Shown one piece after another: positions 1-12,489 of a DNA stretch of 62,900 bases. Source of the DNA: Priapulus caudatus. Taxonomy: Eukaryota. Numbering within the stretch: position 1 is the stretch's first letter; every line of letters begins with the position of its first letter. The DNA lies in NCBI RefSeq assembly GCF_000485595.1, contig NW_014577082.1, positions 800,477 through 863,376 on the forward strand. Direction: 5' to 3'. The notes beneath the pieces were generated by a model that made no database searches, was not told the DNA's origin, and worked only from the letters and a program-made list of their open reading frames with translations. Position numbers and translations under genes: made by a program.

Positions 1-45
1 CAGGCACGACGGGAACAGCGACGGGGCCAACTGCACGTGGTGCAC
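1..45 (-). CDS. unc80: UNC-80 coding exon 4 (partial, runs off the window)
   Basis: Acceptor TTGCAG| at 46-47, then VHHVQLAPSLFPSCL in phase 0, continuing exon 3. Confidence 0.8.
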   Translation of the reverse strand, partial: MHHVQLAPSLFPSCL

Positions 46-171
46 CTGCAAGCAGCGTATATATGCGCATGTAGCTACATACATAGATATGTAAACATAT
101 ATACGCACGCACGCATGCACACACGCTCACATACATACATATAGCGTGTAGCTACCTACATACATACACAC

Positions 172-931
172 CAAGAGTACATAATAGGAGAAGAGTATGA
201 CACCGTTTTAACAGCGTTTTGCATAGTTTTCAACTTGTAAATATTCTATCAATATGTGAATAAATATATTCCAACTTTACCTTGTTTTCGTCTATGATTC
301 TCCCTTAATCATATGACACCACCAATTTACCTGAAAATCGTATGTTCTTCAAAAAAGTTCTTTGAATACGACACGGTTTTGCACAGTTTTCACGAATGGA
401 CGCATGTTTTCGGCCAAAGTTTATTATGGGATTAGTGTTCTATTGTCGATGACGGAACGCTGGGGGCTGTGGGGGATATTAGGAACAGTAACAGCACTTG
501 TTTCGCTTCCTTATCATCAGGAACACGATGGCAACACAGCTAAAATCAGCTGCTAGCTCGCCTTGAGCACACATTTATTTTTAGCACGCTGGAAATGCTA
601 CACGCTGAATACAATTCGAGGCCTAATATCCCTTACAGCCCCCAGCGTTCCGCATAAACAATAGAACACTCCCATAATAAACTTTGGCCGAAAACATGCA
701 TCCATTTGTGAAAACTGTTTGAAACCGTGTCGTATTCAAAGAACTTTTTTGAAGAACACATACGATTTTCAGGTAAATTGGTGGTGTCACATGATTAAGG
801 GAGAATCATAGACAAAAACAAGGTAAAGTTTAAATATATTTATTCACATATTGATAGAATATTTACAAGTTGAAAACTATGCAAAACGCTGTTAAAACGG
901 TGTCAAGCTCTTCTCCTATTATGTACTCCTG
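172..931. mobile_element. Non-autonomous foldback DNA transposon with ~330-bp inverted arms
   Basis: Termini CAAGAGTACATAATAGGAGAAGAG / CTCTTCTCCTATTATGTACTCCTG; 8-bp flanking duplication ATACACAC (164-171, 932-939), though within low-complexity sequence. Confidence 0.8.
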
Positions 932-1595
932 ATACACACACATGCACGCACTTACCCACCCATGCAGGCACGCACACACGCACGCACACATACATACATA
1001 TAGCATGTAGCTACCTACATACATACACACACATGCACGCACGCACCCACCCAAGCAGGCACGCACGCACGCACGCATGCACGTACGCACACACACATAC
1101 ATATAGCGTGTAGCTATCTACATACATTCGCACACACACACCCACGCACACAAGCACGCACTCACTCACACACGCATGCACGCACGCACGCAAACGTCCA
1201 TGCATATAGCGTGTAGCTACCTAAATACATCCATACACACACACGCACACACGCACGCACGCACTGACTCATGCCTGCACGCACGTACGCAAACGTCCAT
1301 GCATATAGCGTATACATGCATACACACACAGACACACACGCACACACGCACGCACGCACGCACACACTCACTCACACAGGCACGCACACATGCACACGTA
1401 CATGCATATCGTGTGTTGCTACCTAAATACATGCGCACACACGCATGCATGCACGCACGCACGCACTCACTCACATAGGCATGCACGCACGCATGCACAC
1501 GTACATGTATGCATATAGCGTGTAGCTACCTAAATACATACATACATCCCTATATGCACGCACACACGCACGCACGCACGCACCTACGTGTAGCT
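932..1595. repeat. Compound (CA)/(GCAC) microsatellite-minisatellite with recurring TATAGCGTGTAGCTACCTA motif
   Basis: Seen directly; the same satellite is present at 55-171, on the other side of the foldback insertion. Confidence 0.85.
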
Positions 1596-1751
1596 AGTAC
1601 AGGCCTAGTGCATGGTAGCAATGTAGCTAAACCTACATCTAGGTGGAATTATCTAATCGATTGCTGAAAATCGTAATCGAACAATCAATTAATTACCAAT
1701 TAATTAATTAATCAACCATCTAACCAATTTTAATCAAACAACAATCCCAAC

Positions 1752-3101
1752 CTGGAAGTGCTCGATGACGCGCTCCTCGTCGCCCTCGTCGCCGTGCTCC
1801 TCCGGCGCCACCTGGTGGAGGCTCGGCTCGTATCCGGCGCGCAGCGCGATCGGCACCGTCGTCAGGTGGAAGCGTTCGCGCGACTCGCGCCGCTTCTCGT
1901 CCTCGGCCTTCAGCGCCTGGTGCACGCGCTCCAGCTGCTGCTTGCGGCGCGTCTTCGTCGCAGTGACGAACGAGCGCGCCGTGCCGAAGCCATCCTGGTT
2001 GAGCGCGACTTCCTCGATCTTCGTCTTGAAGTGCGGCATCCACGGCGGGTCGACGACGTTCGACGACGCGAGGCCGACGGCCGGCGACGGCATCGTGAAG
2101 TCGATGTTCGGCGGCGGCACCTTGAAGACGGTGTGCGCGTCGTTCTCCATGCGCGGCCAGCACTGGTAGCGGCTGAGCCAGAGCAGGCGGAAGCGGAAGA
2201 TCGCGTTGATGCGCTCGTCGGGGTTCTCGTGCGCGAGCCGCTGCGTGATGATGTCGACGGCGCGCTCGCGGGTCTTCACCGCCGACACGATGAAGACGGT
2301 GGCTGCGGCGGCGATCAGCTGCTGGTCGCTCTCGAGCAGCAGCTCCCAGGCGATGCCCATCACGTCGGTGAACTGCTCCTCGGTCATGACGACCGCGGCC
2401 TTCGCGTACGTCGACAGCGGGCTGTGGAACAGCTCGAGCGCCTGCGACTTGATGTACTTGAGGATCGGCGGCTCCTCCCTCGGCTCGGCCCTCTTCTTGC
2501 TGGCCGCCGCCAGCTTCTCCTTCTGCTCCTGCTGCTGCTGGCTCTCCTTGTGCTGCTGCGTCACCTGCTGCACCTTCTTCGCGAGCGCCTCGGCGTTCTT
2601 GCGGTCGATCGTCGCCGTTAGCAACGAGCTCTCGCGCCGCCGCGTCGGCGAGCCGGGCGTGATCATCGAGATCTTGCGGTGTAGCCGCTCCTTGCTCTTC
2701 TCGCGCTTCACCTCCTCCTTGCGCGCGGCGGCGCCCACAGACGTCGACGACGCGTCCTTGTCGTCGCCGTCCACGGCGAGGAACGTGTCGCCGTACACCT
2801 TGCGTATGGCGTGCATGAGCCGCGTGCAGCTGCGCATCTGCCGCTTGTGGCAGTCCGGGTGGCAGGAGTGCTGGTGCGGGCACGCGAACGTCGTCACGTG
2901 AGACAGCTGAGTGACGATGCGCAGCCACGGCATCTTCGTCGCGTACTGGTAGTCGGCCTCCTCCTGCTCCTGGGCGACGAGCTCGGCCGCCGCGGGGCTG
3001 TCCGCCGTCTCGTCGCTCAGCACGCCGGGAGACTCCGGACGCTCCTCCCCGGAGTGATCCTCGTTGCTGTTGTCCGACCGCTCCGAGTAGGCAGTGCTCA
3101 C
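1752..3101 (-). CDS. unc80: UNC-80 coding exon 3
   Basis: Acceptor CTACAG|GTG, donor CAG|GTTGGG, 1350 nt, phase 0. Contains AWELLLESDQQL, W.SRYQCWPRME and FKVPPPNIDFTMPSP...VVDPPWMPHFKTKIEEV motifs. Confidence 0.93.
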
Positions 3102-3158
3102 CTGTAGGGCGGACGGACGAACGGGGGAAGAGAATCAGCACCATGACGCGGTCGCAGC

Positions 3159-3479
3159 TAGGCCACAATTTAAAAAATATTTGTTTGCCCTCACCCACCC
3201 AGGCTGAAATGTTTGGGTAGGCAGGTAGGCTTTTTTTTTTAAGGGGTCTTTTTACAAATTCAGCATGGTGTCTACATGCTCGGGTGTGCTTGTGTGGCGA
3301 TACCTTTTATGTTGAATGCTTGTTTTGCTTGGTACATATAATGTATTGCCTACAGATTTATATAATGTACAGTGATACAATTTGTTTAAAAAAAAGATCA
3401 ATAAAATTGTTTGAGTCGGCCCCTTTTTGGCAGGTCGGTCGGGTGAGGGCAAACAAACAATATTTTTATTATGGCCTTA
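3159..3479. mobile_element. MITE with GGCC...GGCC termini
   Basis: TIRs GGCCACAATTTAAAAAATATTTGTTTGCCCTCACCC / GGGTGAGGGCAAACAAACAATATTTTTATTATGGCC. Confidence 0.65.
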
Positions 3480-3529
3480 CGGACACGCCGTACAACACTA
3501 GTTGTAATGTTGTAGACGTCTTTACACTA

Positions 3530-4062
3530 AGAATGGACTTTTTATGGACTGGAACTGTTGTTAGAAACTCGTTTATTTTCTACACGATCATGTATGCACT
3601 GGCGTCCCAAATTAGGACTGAGCCAAATTATTCTGGCGGGTACATAAGAGGAGCTGTGTGTCTGTATAAAGAATTAGTTCACCTTTTGGACTTTTTGGAA
3701 TGGACCTTTTATGGACAAACTATTGCTAGAAATTTGTTTATTTTCCACCCGATCATGTATGCTACTGGGGTACCAGAGTAGGACCGACGGGTATTTATAC
3801 CTTAGGTACCTCACAAATTATTCTGGCTGGTAGATAAAAGCTATGTGGTGTCTGTATAAAGAATTAGCTCACCTTTTGGACTTTTTGGAATGGACCTTTT
3901 ATGGACAAACTATTGCTAGAAATTTGTTTATTTTCCACCCGATCATGTATGCTACTGGGGTACCAGAGTAGGACCGACGGGTATTTATACCTTAGGTACA
4001 AATTATTCTGGCTGGTAGATAAAAGCTATGTGGTGTCTGTATAAAGAATTAGCTCACCTTTC
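3530..4062. repeat. ~190-bp tandem repeat (about 2.5-3 units) ending on the unc80 exon-2 donor
   Basis: TGTCTGTATAAAGAATTAG(C/T)TCACCTTT recurs at ~3659, ~3849 and ~4034. Confidence 0.85.
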
Positions 4063-4374
4063 TCGACTTGATGCTCTCGTTCCTCCTGAAGGAACTGTGA
4101 TGGAAGCTATCGTCCGTATCGTCCGACTTGTCGTCTGGCTTCTTCTTCTTCAGCCGCAGACTCTGCCGCCGGAAGCTGGTGTTCGCGCCGCCGCCCGACG
4201 CGCTGCCGCCGTGGTGGCGCCGCAGTAGCTTCTGGCGACTCTGCGCGACCCTGCGCGTGCGACCCGCCTCCGCGGCCGGTGACTCATCGTCCGGCACCAT
4301 GAGGGTCGTGTTGCTGCTGTGCACGCTGTCCGCGTCCGCATCGTGTCCCGTCCCTTCACGTGAAACGGCGACAC
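4058..4374 (-). CDS. unc80: UNC-80 coding exon 2
   Basis: Acceptor CTAG| and donor AAG|GTGAGC; phase 1 to 0 fits both neighbours. Encodes ...DADSVHSSNTTL...RVAQSRQKLLR...NTSFRRQSLRLKKKK. Confidence 0.88.
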
Positions 4375-4876
4375 CTAGTTAGTTTTTGTTCGTAGCTCTG
4401 TTCCGATTAATTATAATACTCAAAGTAGCCAAAACCTACGCCTAGGCAGTACAGCAGGGGCATGTCAATGGACTTCTATCTTACGTGACATGGCTAATCG
4501 TTGAAACATTAACTACCTCATTATACAGGTGCAAGAATTGGAAATTCTGAACATTCTTGAACTGTACCACCCTCACGCATGTACTGCTTCTAGCAGTACA
4601 CGTACGTTTATGATATTGTATACCCACCCATTATATATATATGTGTTTACAAATACGTGCTATCACATCAAGAATGATGCATATGAAAACAAAACTTCCG
4701 GACGTCTGCAGATGTGTGAAAGTATCTCATGCGCGATTTACCATTTCTGTAGAATTTCAGCAGATACACGTTACTCTAACCCCTTATGTCCCATCGAGGG
4801 ACCAAAAGGATAAGTAAGTAAGTAACGTTACTCTAATCAAATCTGAATAGTTAACGACACACGCGCGCGAACGCAC

Positions 4877-7800
4877 CTGTCACCATGAAGCTGATGCGTC
4901 GCTCGCTGTGCGTCGGCACGGTAACGGGCGCCATGTCGATGAGCGACGAGATGCTGTGCGTAGACATCTGCGACTGGCCCATGCTGCTGAGGATGCTGCT
5001 GCAGCGGCGCGTGTTCAGGCTCTTCTCCCACAGGTTCTCGCGGCGCGCGTGCGTGTGCGCGCGCGGCAGGTAGACGTACGTCTCGCGCAGGAATGCCGTC
5101 ACCTCGAGCAGCAGCTGGCAGGCGACCATCTTGAGCGCGTACGGGCACGCGCCGCCGCCGTCGTTCACCGTCGTGTCGTCGAGGAAGTCCTCCTCGTCGT
5201 CGATGATGCGATTCGCGCGACGCTCCTTCTCATCGTGGATCGCCGCGGCGACGGTCGCCTCCGAGTGGTCCTCGGCGGCGAGGATCTCCTCTAGACGGGC
5301 GCCGATCGCCTCCGCCCACAGGTAGAACATGCGGCCGATCGCCTTCTTGAGGATCGTCTGCCGGCGGAAGCCGGACGGCTGGCCGCGGTTCTGCAGCGGG
5401 AAGCCGGACGGACGCGAGACGGGAACGTGCAGCTTGATCCAGTCGGGCCAGTTGCCGCGGTTACACTGGTGCACGAAGTAGGCGCACTCGAGCAGCAGCG
5501 CGGCGCGCGCGACAACAGGAGCCTCGAGGTCGAGGGTCGCGGCGATGAGCTGCGGGTCCGGGAACGATCCGGGCTGGCACGTCTCGAGCAGGAAGGCGAA
5601 GCGCAGCATGCCGGCGTTCACCGCGCCGACACTGACGAGCCGCTTCTCGCGCAGCAGCGCGTCCGTCGACGCCGCGTCTGCGTCAAACGCGAGCAGGCCC
5701 TTGTTGCCCGGGTCCGAGCCGTAGTTCTTGTAGTGCATGAGCATGTTGAGCGGCGACACGGCGTCGCCCCCGCCGCCGCCGCCGCCGCTCATGCTCAGCG
5801 ACGACGATGCCTGCTGCACGTGCCGCAGCGACTGCGAGTGCCGCACGGGGCCCTCCTCGAAGCTGCCGCGCTTCGACTTGCGCTGCCCGAAGCCGAGCGT
5901 CTTGCGCGCGCGCAGGAAGCCGAGGCTCATGTGCCCGGCCGCCTTCAGCGACATGCGGCTCGCACTCTTCCCCGACGGTCCCATGATGCTCGGCCGGCGC
6001 GCCACGAGCGACTCGCACGACGCCTTCACGTCGAAGCGCGCGCCGCCGCTGCTGCTGCCGCCGCCGCTGCCGCCGCCGCTGCCATCATCGTCGTCGTGGC
6101 TGCTGCTCTCGGCCTTGGCGTTCTTCAGCCAGCTGACGAGCTGGAACTTGCTGACGCGTCGCTTGGGCGTGTTCGGGTATGACGCGTCCTCCTCGCTGAA
6201 GCTCATGCGAGGCGTGAGCACGCGGTGCGCGCGACCGTGCACCGTTGCCGCGGGAGCCGACCCCTCGCCCTCCGAGTCGTCGCCCGTCAGGCTGCTGTTG
6301 CTGAGCACCTTGTGCACCTTCTTGCGGAAGATCGACTGGCGGCTCTTCGCGCGGCTCTCCTTGCCACGCGGCGTCTCCTCGCCGATGCTCGGTGCGGGCG
6401 AGCGCGGCCCCGAGTCGGGCCCGTCGTCGTCGTCGCCCGTCGCCGCGACGACCGGCTCCTTCTTCGGCGGCTCCTTCTTCTTCTTGCGGGAGCGGTCGAC
6501 GGCGTCGAGGAGGCCGCTGAGCGCGACGCGGCGGAAGAGGCCGCCGTGAGCCGCCGTCACGTACGTGATCAGCTGCCGCACGTCGCAGTACAGCGCCATG
6601 TTCTCCATGCTCTTCAGCTCGGCCGACGACTCGCAGAGCCGCGTGACGAGCACCTTGAGCACGCACGCGAGCACCGTGCCCTCGACGCCCTTCGCCGCGC
6701 CCTTCAACCCGCAGCCGAAGTTCGTCGAGTAGCCGCCGCGCGCCGCTCCGCCGTCCATCGCATTCGTCGAGTTCGTCGCGCGCTTCTGGCCGTGCGGCGA
6801 CAGCGCGCCGTTCGGGTCCGCACAGAATCCGAACATCGCGTGGAAGAAGTCGAGCAGGTGCGAGAGCGGCCGCTTGGCGACGAGCTCTCGCAGGAAGCGG
6901 CGGAACTGCGTGGCGTCGCCGCGGTGCAGCCGGCTCAGCGTGCCGAGGCCCTGCGCGCGCAGCAGCTCGGCCGGCGGGCAGCGGTAGCCCTCGCCGCAGC
7001 CGTACGGGCAGCCGAGCGCCTTGAAGATGCGCGTCACCGTGTCCATGCACAGGTTGTGCGCCGTCAGCTCCTCGGGCGCGGCAGGCTTCAGCCCGACGTC
7101 CACCGGCTGCTCGCAGCGTCCCCTGCCGACTCCGCCCTTCCCGCTGTCGTTCTCCTTGTCGTCGTCTGCGAGCTCGTCGGGGGTCTTGCCGGGAGTGCCG
7201 AGCTCGAGCAGGATGTCGAGGATGTTGAGGACGGCCTCGCAGACGCGCAGCGACGTCTCGCGCATCATGACGGCGTGCGCGGCCTTCAGCACGACGCCGT
7301 ACTCAATGTCGCCATTCTTGCGCGTGTAGTGCAGCGTGCCGGCGACCTCGGACAGCTCCTCGACGGTGTAGCGGATGTTCGAGTCCGTCGAGCTGCGCTG
7401 GATCGACGCCGTCGACTTCGACAGCAGCTTCTCGTCGCCCCCGGCAACCGCTGCGGCGGCGCCCTGTACGGAGCTGTGGCATGAGTCATCGGCGGCGGCG
7501 ACGACCGGCTCCGGGCTGTGCTCGGTGATGGTGATGATCGGGTGCGTCTCCGTCGAGACGACCGACTGCTTCTTGACGGACTGGTCCGAGTTCTTGTCGA
7601 TCTTGGAGCTCGTGCTCGCGCGCGTGCGCCCGCTCTCCTCGTCCGGCGACACCGACGGAAGGCTCTTGCGCCGCTCCGCCTCGTCCCGGGTCCCTCCTCC
7701 TCCGTCGCCGCCCCCGCCGGCATCGCCGCCCTTGCTCTGCATCGTGTTCTCGATGAGCTTGGCGAGGGCGGAGCGCGGACGCGACGGCGGGTCGTAGATG

Positions 7801-9392
7801 TTGCTCTCGAGCGCGAGCATCTCCTCGCGCTCGCGCTTCAGCAGCCGGCCGCCCATCGTGAACTGCACCTCGTCGTCCGGTAGCGAGTGCGTCGTGCTCG
7901 TGCTGTCGCTCGCCGTCGCAACAATTGACGCGCGCGTGTCCACCTTCACGCGCTTGTACGCGCCACCGCTGCCGCTGCCGCTGCCGCCGCCGCCGTTGCC
8001 CCCGGCGATGTTCTCGAAGCTCGAGCGGTGGTCAGAGTACTCCGTCTGGAAGTCGAGGTTGAGGTCGCGCGCCGACGCCTCGGGCGTCTCGTAGAGCGAG
8101 ACGGTAATCTTGGGCATGGGCAGCGAGGAGCTTCGCTGGCGCGTGCGCTGCGTGCGACACGTCTCGTCGCGGATCTCCTTCAGCCGCTCGTGCAGGTACT
8201 GCAGCGCCCAGAAGACGCCGTCCTCCTCCCACTGCGGGATGAAGAGGCAGCGCAGCACGGCGACGTCAAAGTAGGTGGCGCCGCGCACGTCCTGATTCGA
8301 CGGCGACCGCGTCAGCTGCATCTTCAGCGCCGAGTCGAGCTTGTCCTGGATGAAGCCCTTGTCGACGCCCGCGTCGTCGTCGCCGCCGCCGACGATCAGC
8401 TTCAGGTCGTGGTCGCTGTTGTTGTTGATCCTTGTCGTCGTCGAGGGCTGCGCACGTGGCGTGCACGTGCGGCCGCACTTGCACGTGCGGTACTCGCCGC
8501 GCCGGCTCGTGATCACCGTGCCGCACCACTCGCATGCGATCTCGACGCGCGCTGACGATGCCTCTGAGTACGTCGTCGAGCCGCAGATCTCCGACATGGT
8601 CGCGAGCGGCGCCTTCAGCGACGACGGCGCGTCGCTGTTCGCCCGCACCGACAGCGCGTCGGCGTTGTCTGCGTCGACGCCGGGCGGGCCGCCGAAGTTG
8701 ATGAAGTCGAAATCCTCGCTCGGGCTGCGCTTTCCGACGAAGATCCCGCCGAATTGACCTCCGACGCGCTCCTTCTTGTCCGGGTACAGCACGGTCTTTT
8801 TCGGCCGGATGAGGGCGGTCAGGCAGGGTATGTCGGGCTGCCGGTACTCCTTCAGCGGCTGCCACAGCTTGAGGCCGCTCTCGAGCCGCAGGTTGAAGTC
8901 CTCGGGCTCCATCGTCGCGAGCAGCGGCGCGAACAGGTAGACGAACAGCTGGATGGACGTGATCGAGAAGAGGAACTCCTTCGGGCGGTTGCTGCGGTGC
9001 GCCTGCGCGTCGACGTCCTCACACTCCTCCGCCGCGTCCAGCATGATCCAGTGCAGCGTGTAGAGCAGCTTCGTCTCGCAGACGCCGAAGCGGCCCGTCC
9101 GGCCCTCCTGCTTGCGCAGCTGCAGCAGCGCCGCGCAGCAGTGCATCAGGTGCGGGAACGCCGACTCGATGAGCTTCCATCGCGAGATGCTCTCGATGGC
9201 GTCGGAGAGGCTCGGCGAGAGACCGTGAACGATGTTCTGCACGACGACGCGCTCAAACGAAACGCACGACGCCTCGATGAGCTTGCCGATTTTCGGGCGA
9301 ATGAACGGACTCGTCTGTCGCCATAGGAACGTCTGAATGGGCAACGGAACGACGGCCAGCGCCTGTGACTCAGAGTATTTTCTCTTCGGCAT
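4877..9392 (-). CDS. unc80: UNC-80 (NALCN channel complex subunit), coding exon 1 (1505 codons + 1 nt)
   Basis: N-terminus MPKRK...PLPIQTFLWRQTSPFIRPKIGK...SCVSFERVVV...HGLSPSLS...ETKLLYTLHW matches the UNC80 N-terminal domain as I recall it; also ATYFDVAVLRCL and CQPGSFPDPQLIAATLDL...RAALLLECAYFVH. In-frame TGA upstream of the ATG. Donor ACAG|GTGCGT at 4877/4876, phase 1. Confidence 0.96.
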
Positions 9393-9772
9393 GTTGACGA
9401 GATGGAAATCGAACGGATGTTTAGAATGACGTGTACACGGCGCGATTCATTAGTTATTCGGTGGCAGCTATTATTTTTTAGGAGACATCGTGCCTAATAG
9501 ATGCATGATCGCTGAAGCTTTCCCAAGGAACTTAATCACACTCCACTGTTCCAGTTGCTCTGCAAGTAAATCGTACACCATACTAGATTAATGATTCAGA
9601 AGTAACAAATCTGAGCAACTGACTGGTTGTGTTACCATCAGCATTAGGGAGAGAGGGTTCTGAGGCATGACTTGAATAGATTGTCCTGTTTGTTGCCACT
9701 GCAGCAAAATAGCTGAGACGATATTAATAAAAAAACTGGCAACTGCCTCTTTCTCCTTTAGCGACTAAGCAT

Positions 9773-10264
9773 CAGGGGTCGAAATTAGATTCTTATTATG
9801 GTATCCATTTGGGATACCAGGTATTGAAATCTGGTATCCCCCCCAAAGATCTGGTATCCCATTTTTTGGATAGTAATTTAAACAATGTTGGTATCCAAAA
9901 TCTTGAAATATGCAATAATAGCATTTGAAAATTATTAATATGTAATGTAATTATTATATAAAAACATGAAAACAGATTCACAGATACAGACAAGTACACT
10001 GCAGACGTATTGTCTAGACGCATTGTATGGTTCGCTTGATACAATGTATACACATCACATTTATGATCAGATCGCGCGCACCCGCTCTACGTGCACTCGC
10101 TCAGATGCGCTGCCGTATAAAGTTGATAACTCAACAACCAGTTACCACTATCCCGATTTTGAGGATTTTTTTTTACTATCCTGGCGGCAAGCATTGAAAT
10201 CTGGTATCCAACACAAGAATCTACTATCCTGCGGATATCTGGATACCGCTGATTTCGACCCCTG
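9773..10264. mobile_element. hAT-like MITE with 5-bp TSD
   Basis: TIR CAGGGGTCGAAAT / ATTTCGACCCCTG; AGCAT on both flanks; internal repeated GGTATCC motifs. Confidence 0.75.
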
Positions 10265-11076
10265 AGCATCACTGCATACAGTGACACCAAATTAAGGCAC
10301 TTGGGCCATTCCAATACCAAAATGACAGTAAATAAATATATAACCATATGATATATATATACTTTTAATTTTAACGTGCTTTATATCACCAATTAAAAAC
10401 TTGATTTATTATTAACTTGAACGGTATTACTTTAGGAAGATTCTATGGCAAATAATGTTCATAACGTCAGGCTTGCAGCCGAGTGGCAGAGCTTGTCTTG
10501 ACACTTAAACGGAGTGCAGTTTTGCACCCAAGATGCAGTGAGCCACCAGTACTCATGTAACAACTCCTATTTACATTGCCTCATACTATTACATTGCCTG
10601 CATTCCTGTTACATAATCTCTGGCAGGATTTTGCAAAGTTCGCTTCAATGCAAACCACCTAGTTCTGGCCTTATGCCTCGCTTTAGTTTTTTTATATCAA
10701 GGCTTGAAAACATGTCCTGGGAGAAGATGTCAAGATAAAGAAAGAACATTTCAACATTTTCTGGGTGGGTGAATGCACCCTCCCCACAGGCCACACACCA
10801 CCTGACACAGCTGACGTGCACGCACCTCACTGTAATTTAACATTTAAAGTACACATCAGAGTATATATTGTATGTTATTAATATTATTTACTCGTACGAA
10901 TTACTATGACTCATACTCACAGTCGCTCATGCATAGTCATAGTCATTACTCATTAGTCACAACCTCTCACACTACCTAAGAACATATTTTTACTAATTTT
11001 AATATCATTTTATAATGGTAATTATTAGAGCACAACCACAAGTCGCAGTGGCCAGTGCCAGTGCAGTGGCCGTATC

Positions 11077-11625
11077 GCTCATAGGGTCTATGTCCCCCAG
11101 GGTACTATCGGAGGGTACCCTGGGTACGGTTCGATATATCGGAACATATCCTGGTAACTATAGTCTATATATCTGATATGGTTAATAGGGTTAGGGTTGC
11201 TGAGAGGGTCTATGTCCCCCAGGGTACTGCCGGAACGTACCCTCGGTACGGTTCGGTATACCGGAACGTAAGCTGGTACTATCTAATATGCCGGACCATA
11301 CCTCGCCTACTCCACTAACGAGTCTAGGGAGTCACCTACGGTAACGCCTACTCCCTAACCCTAACCCTAACCATATCAGATAGTTACCAGGGTACGTTCC
11401 GGTATACCGGACCGTACCCTGGGGGACATAGACCCTATGATCATGAGCGTTATAGGGTTAGGGTTAGGGAGTAGGCATAGGCGACTCCCTAGACTCGTTA
11501 CGACGTTAGTGGAGTAGGCAAGGTATGGTCCGGCATATTAGATAGTACCAGGGTACGTTCCGATATATCGAACCGTACCCAGGGTACCCTCCGATAGTAC
11601 CCTGGGGGACATAGCCCCTATCAGC
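11077..11625. mobile_element. TTAGGG-bearing MITE with a second copy of the same family (11199-11448) nested inside in opposite orientation
   Basis: TIR core AGGGTCTATGTCCCCCAGGGTAC. Outer flanks GGCCGTATC / GGCAGTGTC (7/9 match). Inner flanks GTTAGGGTT / GTTA(TA)GGGTT. Same family at 39324-39567. Confidence 0.8.
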
Positions 11626-11657
11626 GGCAGTGTCAGTGATTTATCATGATGTCGATG

Positions 11658-12339
11658 TAGCTCCAAGAAACGGCATTGCTAGGGTTAGAATGTGTATTGA
11701 CGTTAGTCACACAGCCTGGTCGGGTTAGATGTCGATGATGATAGTTGATACACGTACTACACTCTACAGTCGATTTAGCTCTAGTACTATAGCCCGCTTA
11801 CATTAAGTTTAACTGCCGCTGGCAGTGGCCGTTGCCAGTGGCTGTGGCAGTGGCAGTGGCCGTGGCCGTGGCAGTGGCCAGCGGCAGTTAATGTAAGCGG
11901 GCTACCCCTATAGTACTAGAGTTACTAGATAGTAGATACAATAATGTAACCCAAACCCAGGAGGATAGGTTTGTAGGTTTGTGTTGAGAATAAACCCAGT
12001 TTGGAAGTTCTAGTCTCTAAAAACGCACCAGCAAACCGCCCTGAGTGATTCACAAAGGGGTTCCCTGAATTTCCTCCACACAAAATGATAGGGACGCTTT
12101 GTAACCCTATCATAATCCTCCTGCCTGGGTTTGGGTTACATTATTTATTGTATCTATACTATAGAGCTACAGTCGATTCTGACTCCGTCTTTAGCCCGAC
12201 CAGGCTGTGCGACGGATTGTCTATACAGAGGTATTCTAACAAGGTATTCTAACCCTACAGGGTACAGGGTATTCTCTACAAAGTATTGAGTATTCTATGC
12301 AGGGTATTCTAACCCTAGCAATACCGTTTCTTGGAGCTA
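11658..12339. mobile_element. Nested MITE cluster
   Basis: Outer TIR TAGCTCCAAGAAACGG / CCGTTTCTTGGAGCTA. Inside are a hairpin element TAGCCCGCTTACATTAA...TTAATGTAAGCGGGCTA (~11790-11904) and a TAGATACAATAATGTAACCC element (~11933-12157) related to 59378-60181. Confidence 0.7.
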
Positions 12340-12489
12340 GGAGCTACTCAGCTAACTCCGTCTTGTGCAATATATATATACTACTCTACCTTACTCAAGT
12401 TACTGCCGCTCGAACCCAATCTTTCCTGTCATATGCGAAGACCAAGCAGATGCATAAAATAAACACAATAAAAGATATAAAAGGTAAAC

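Noticed and set aside
863..1498. CV/HT-rich ORFs (also near 19.3, 29.9 and 33.4 kb)
   Set aside because: Translations of microsatellites.
1720..9326. Many long overlapping and antisense ORFs over unc80
   Set aside because: Expected shadow ORFs from very high GC3; no family motifs.
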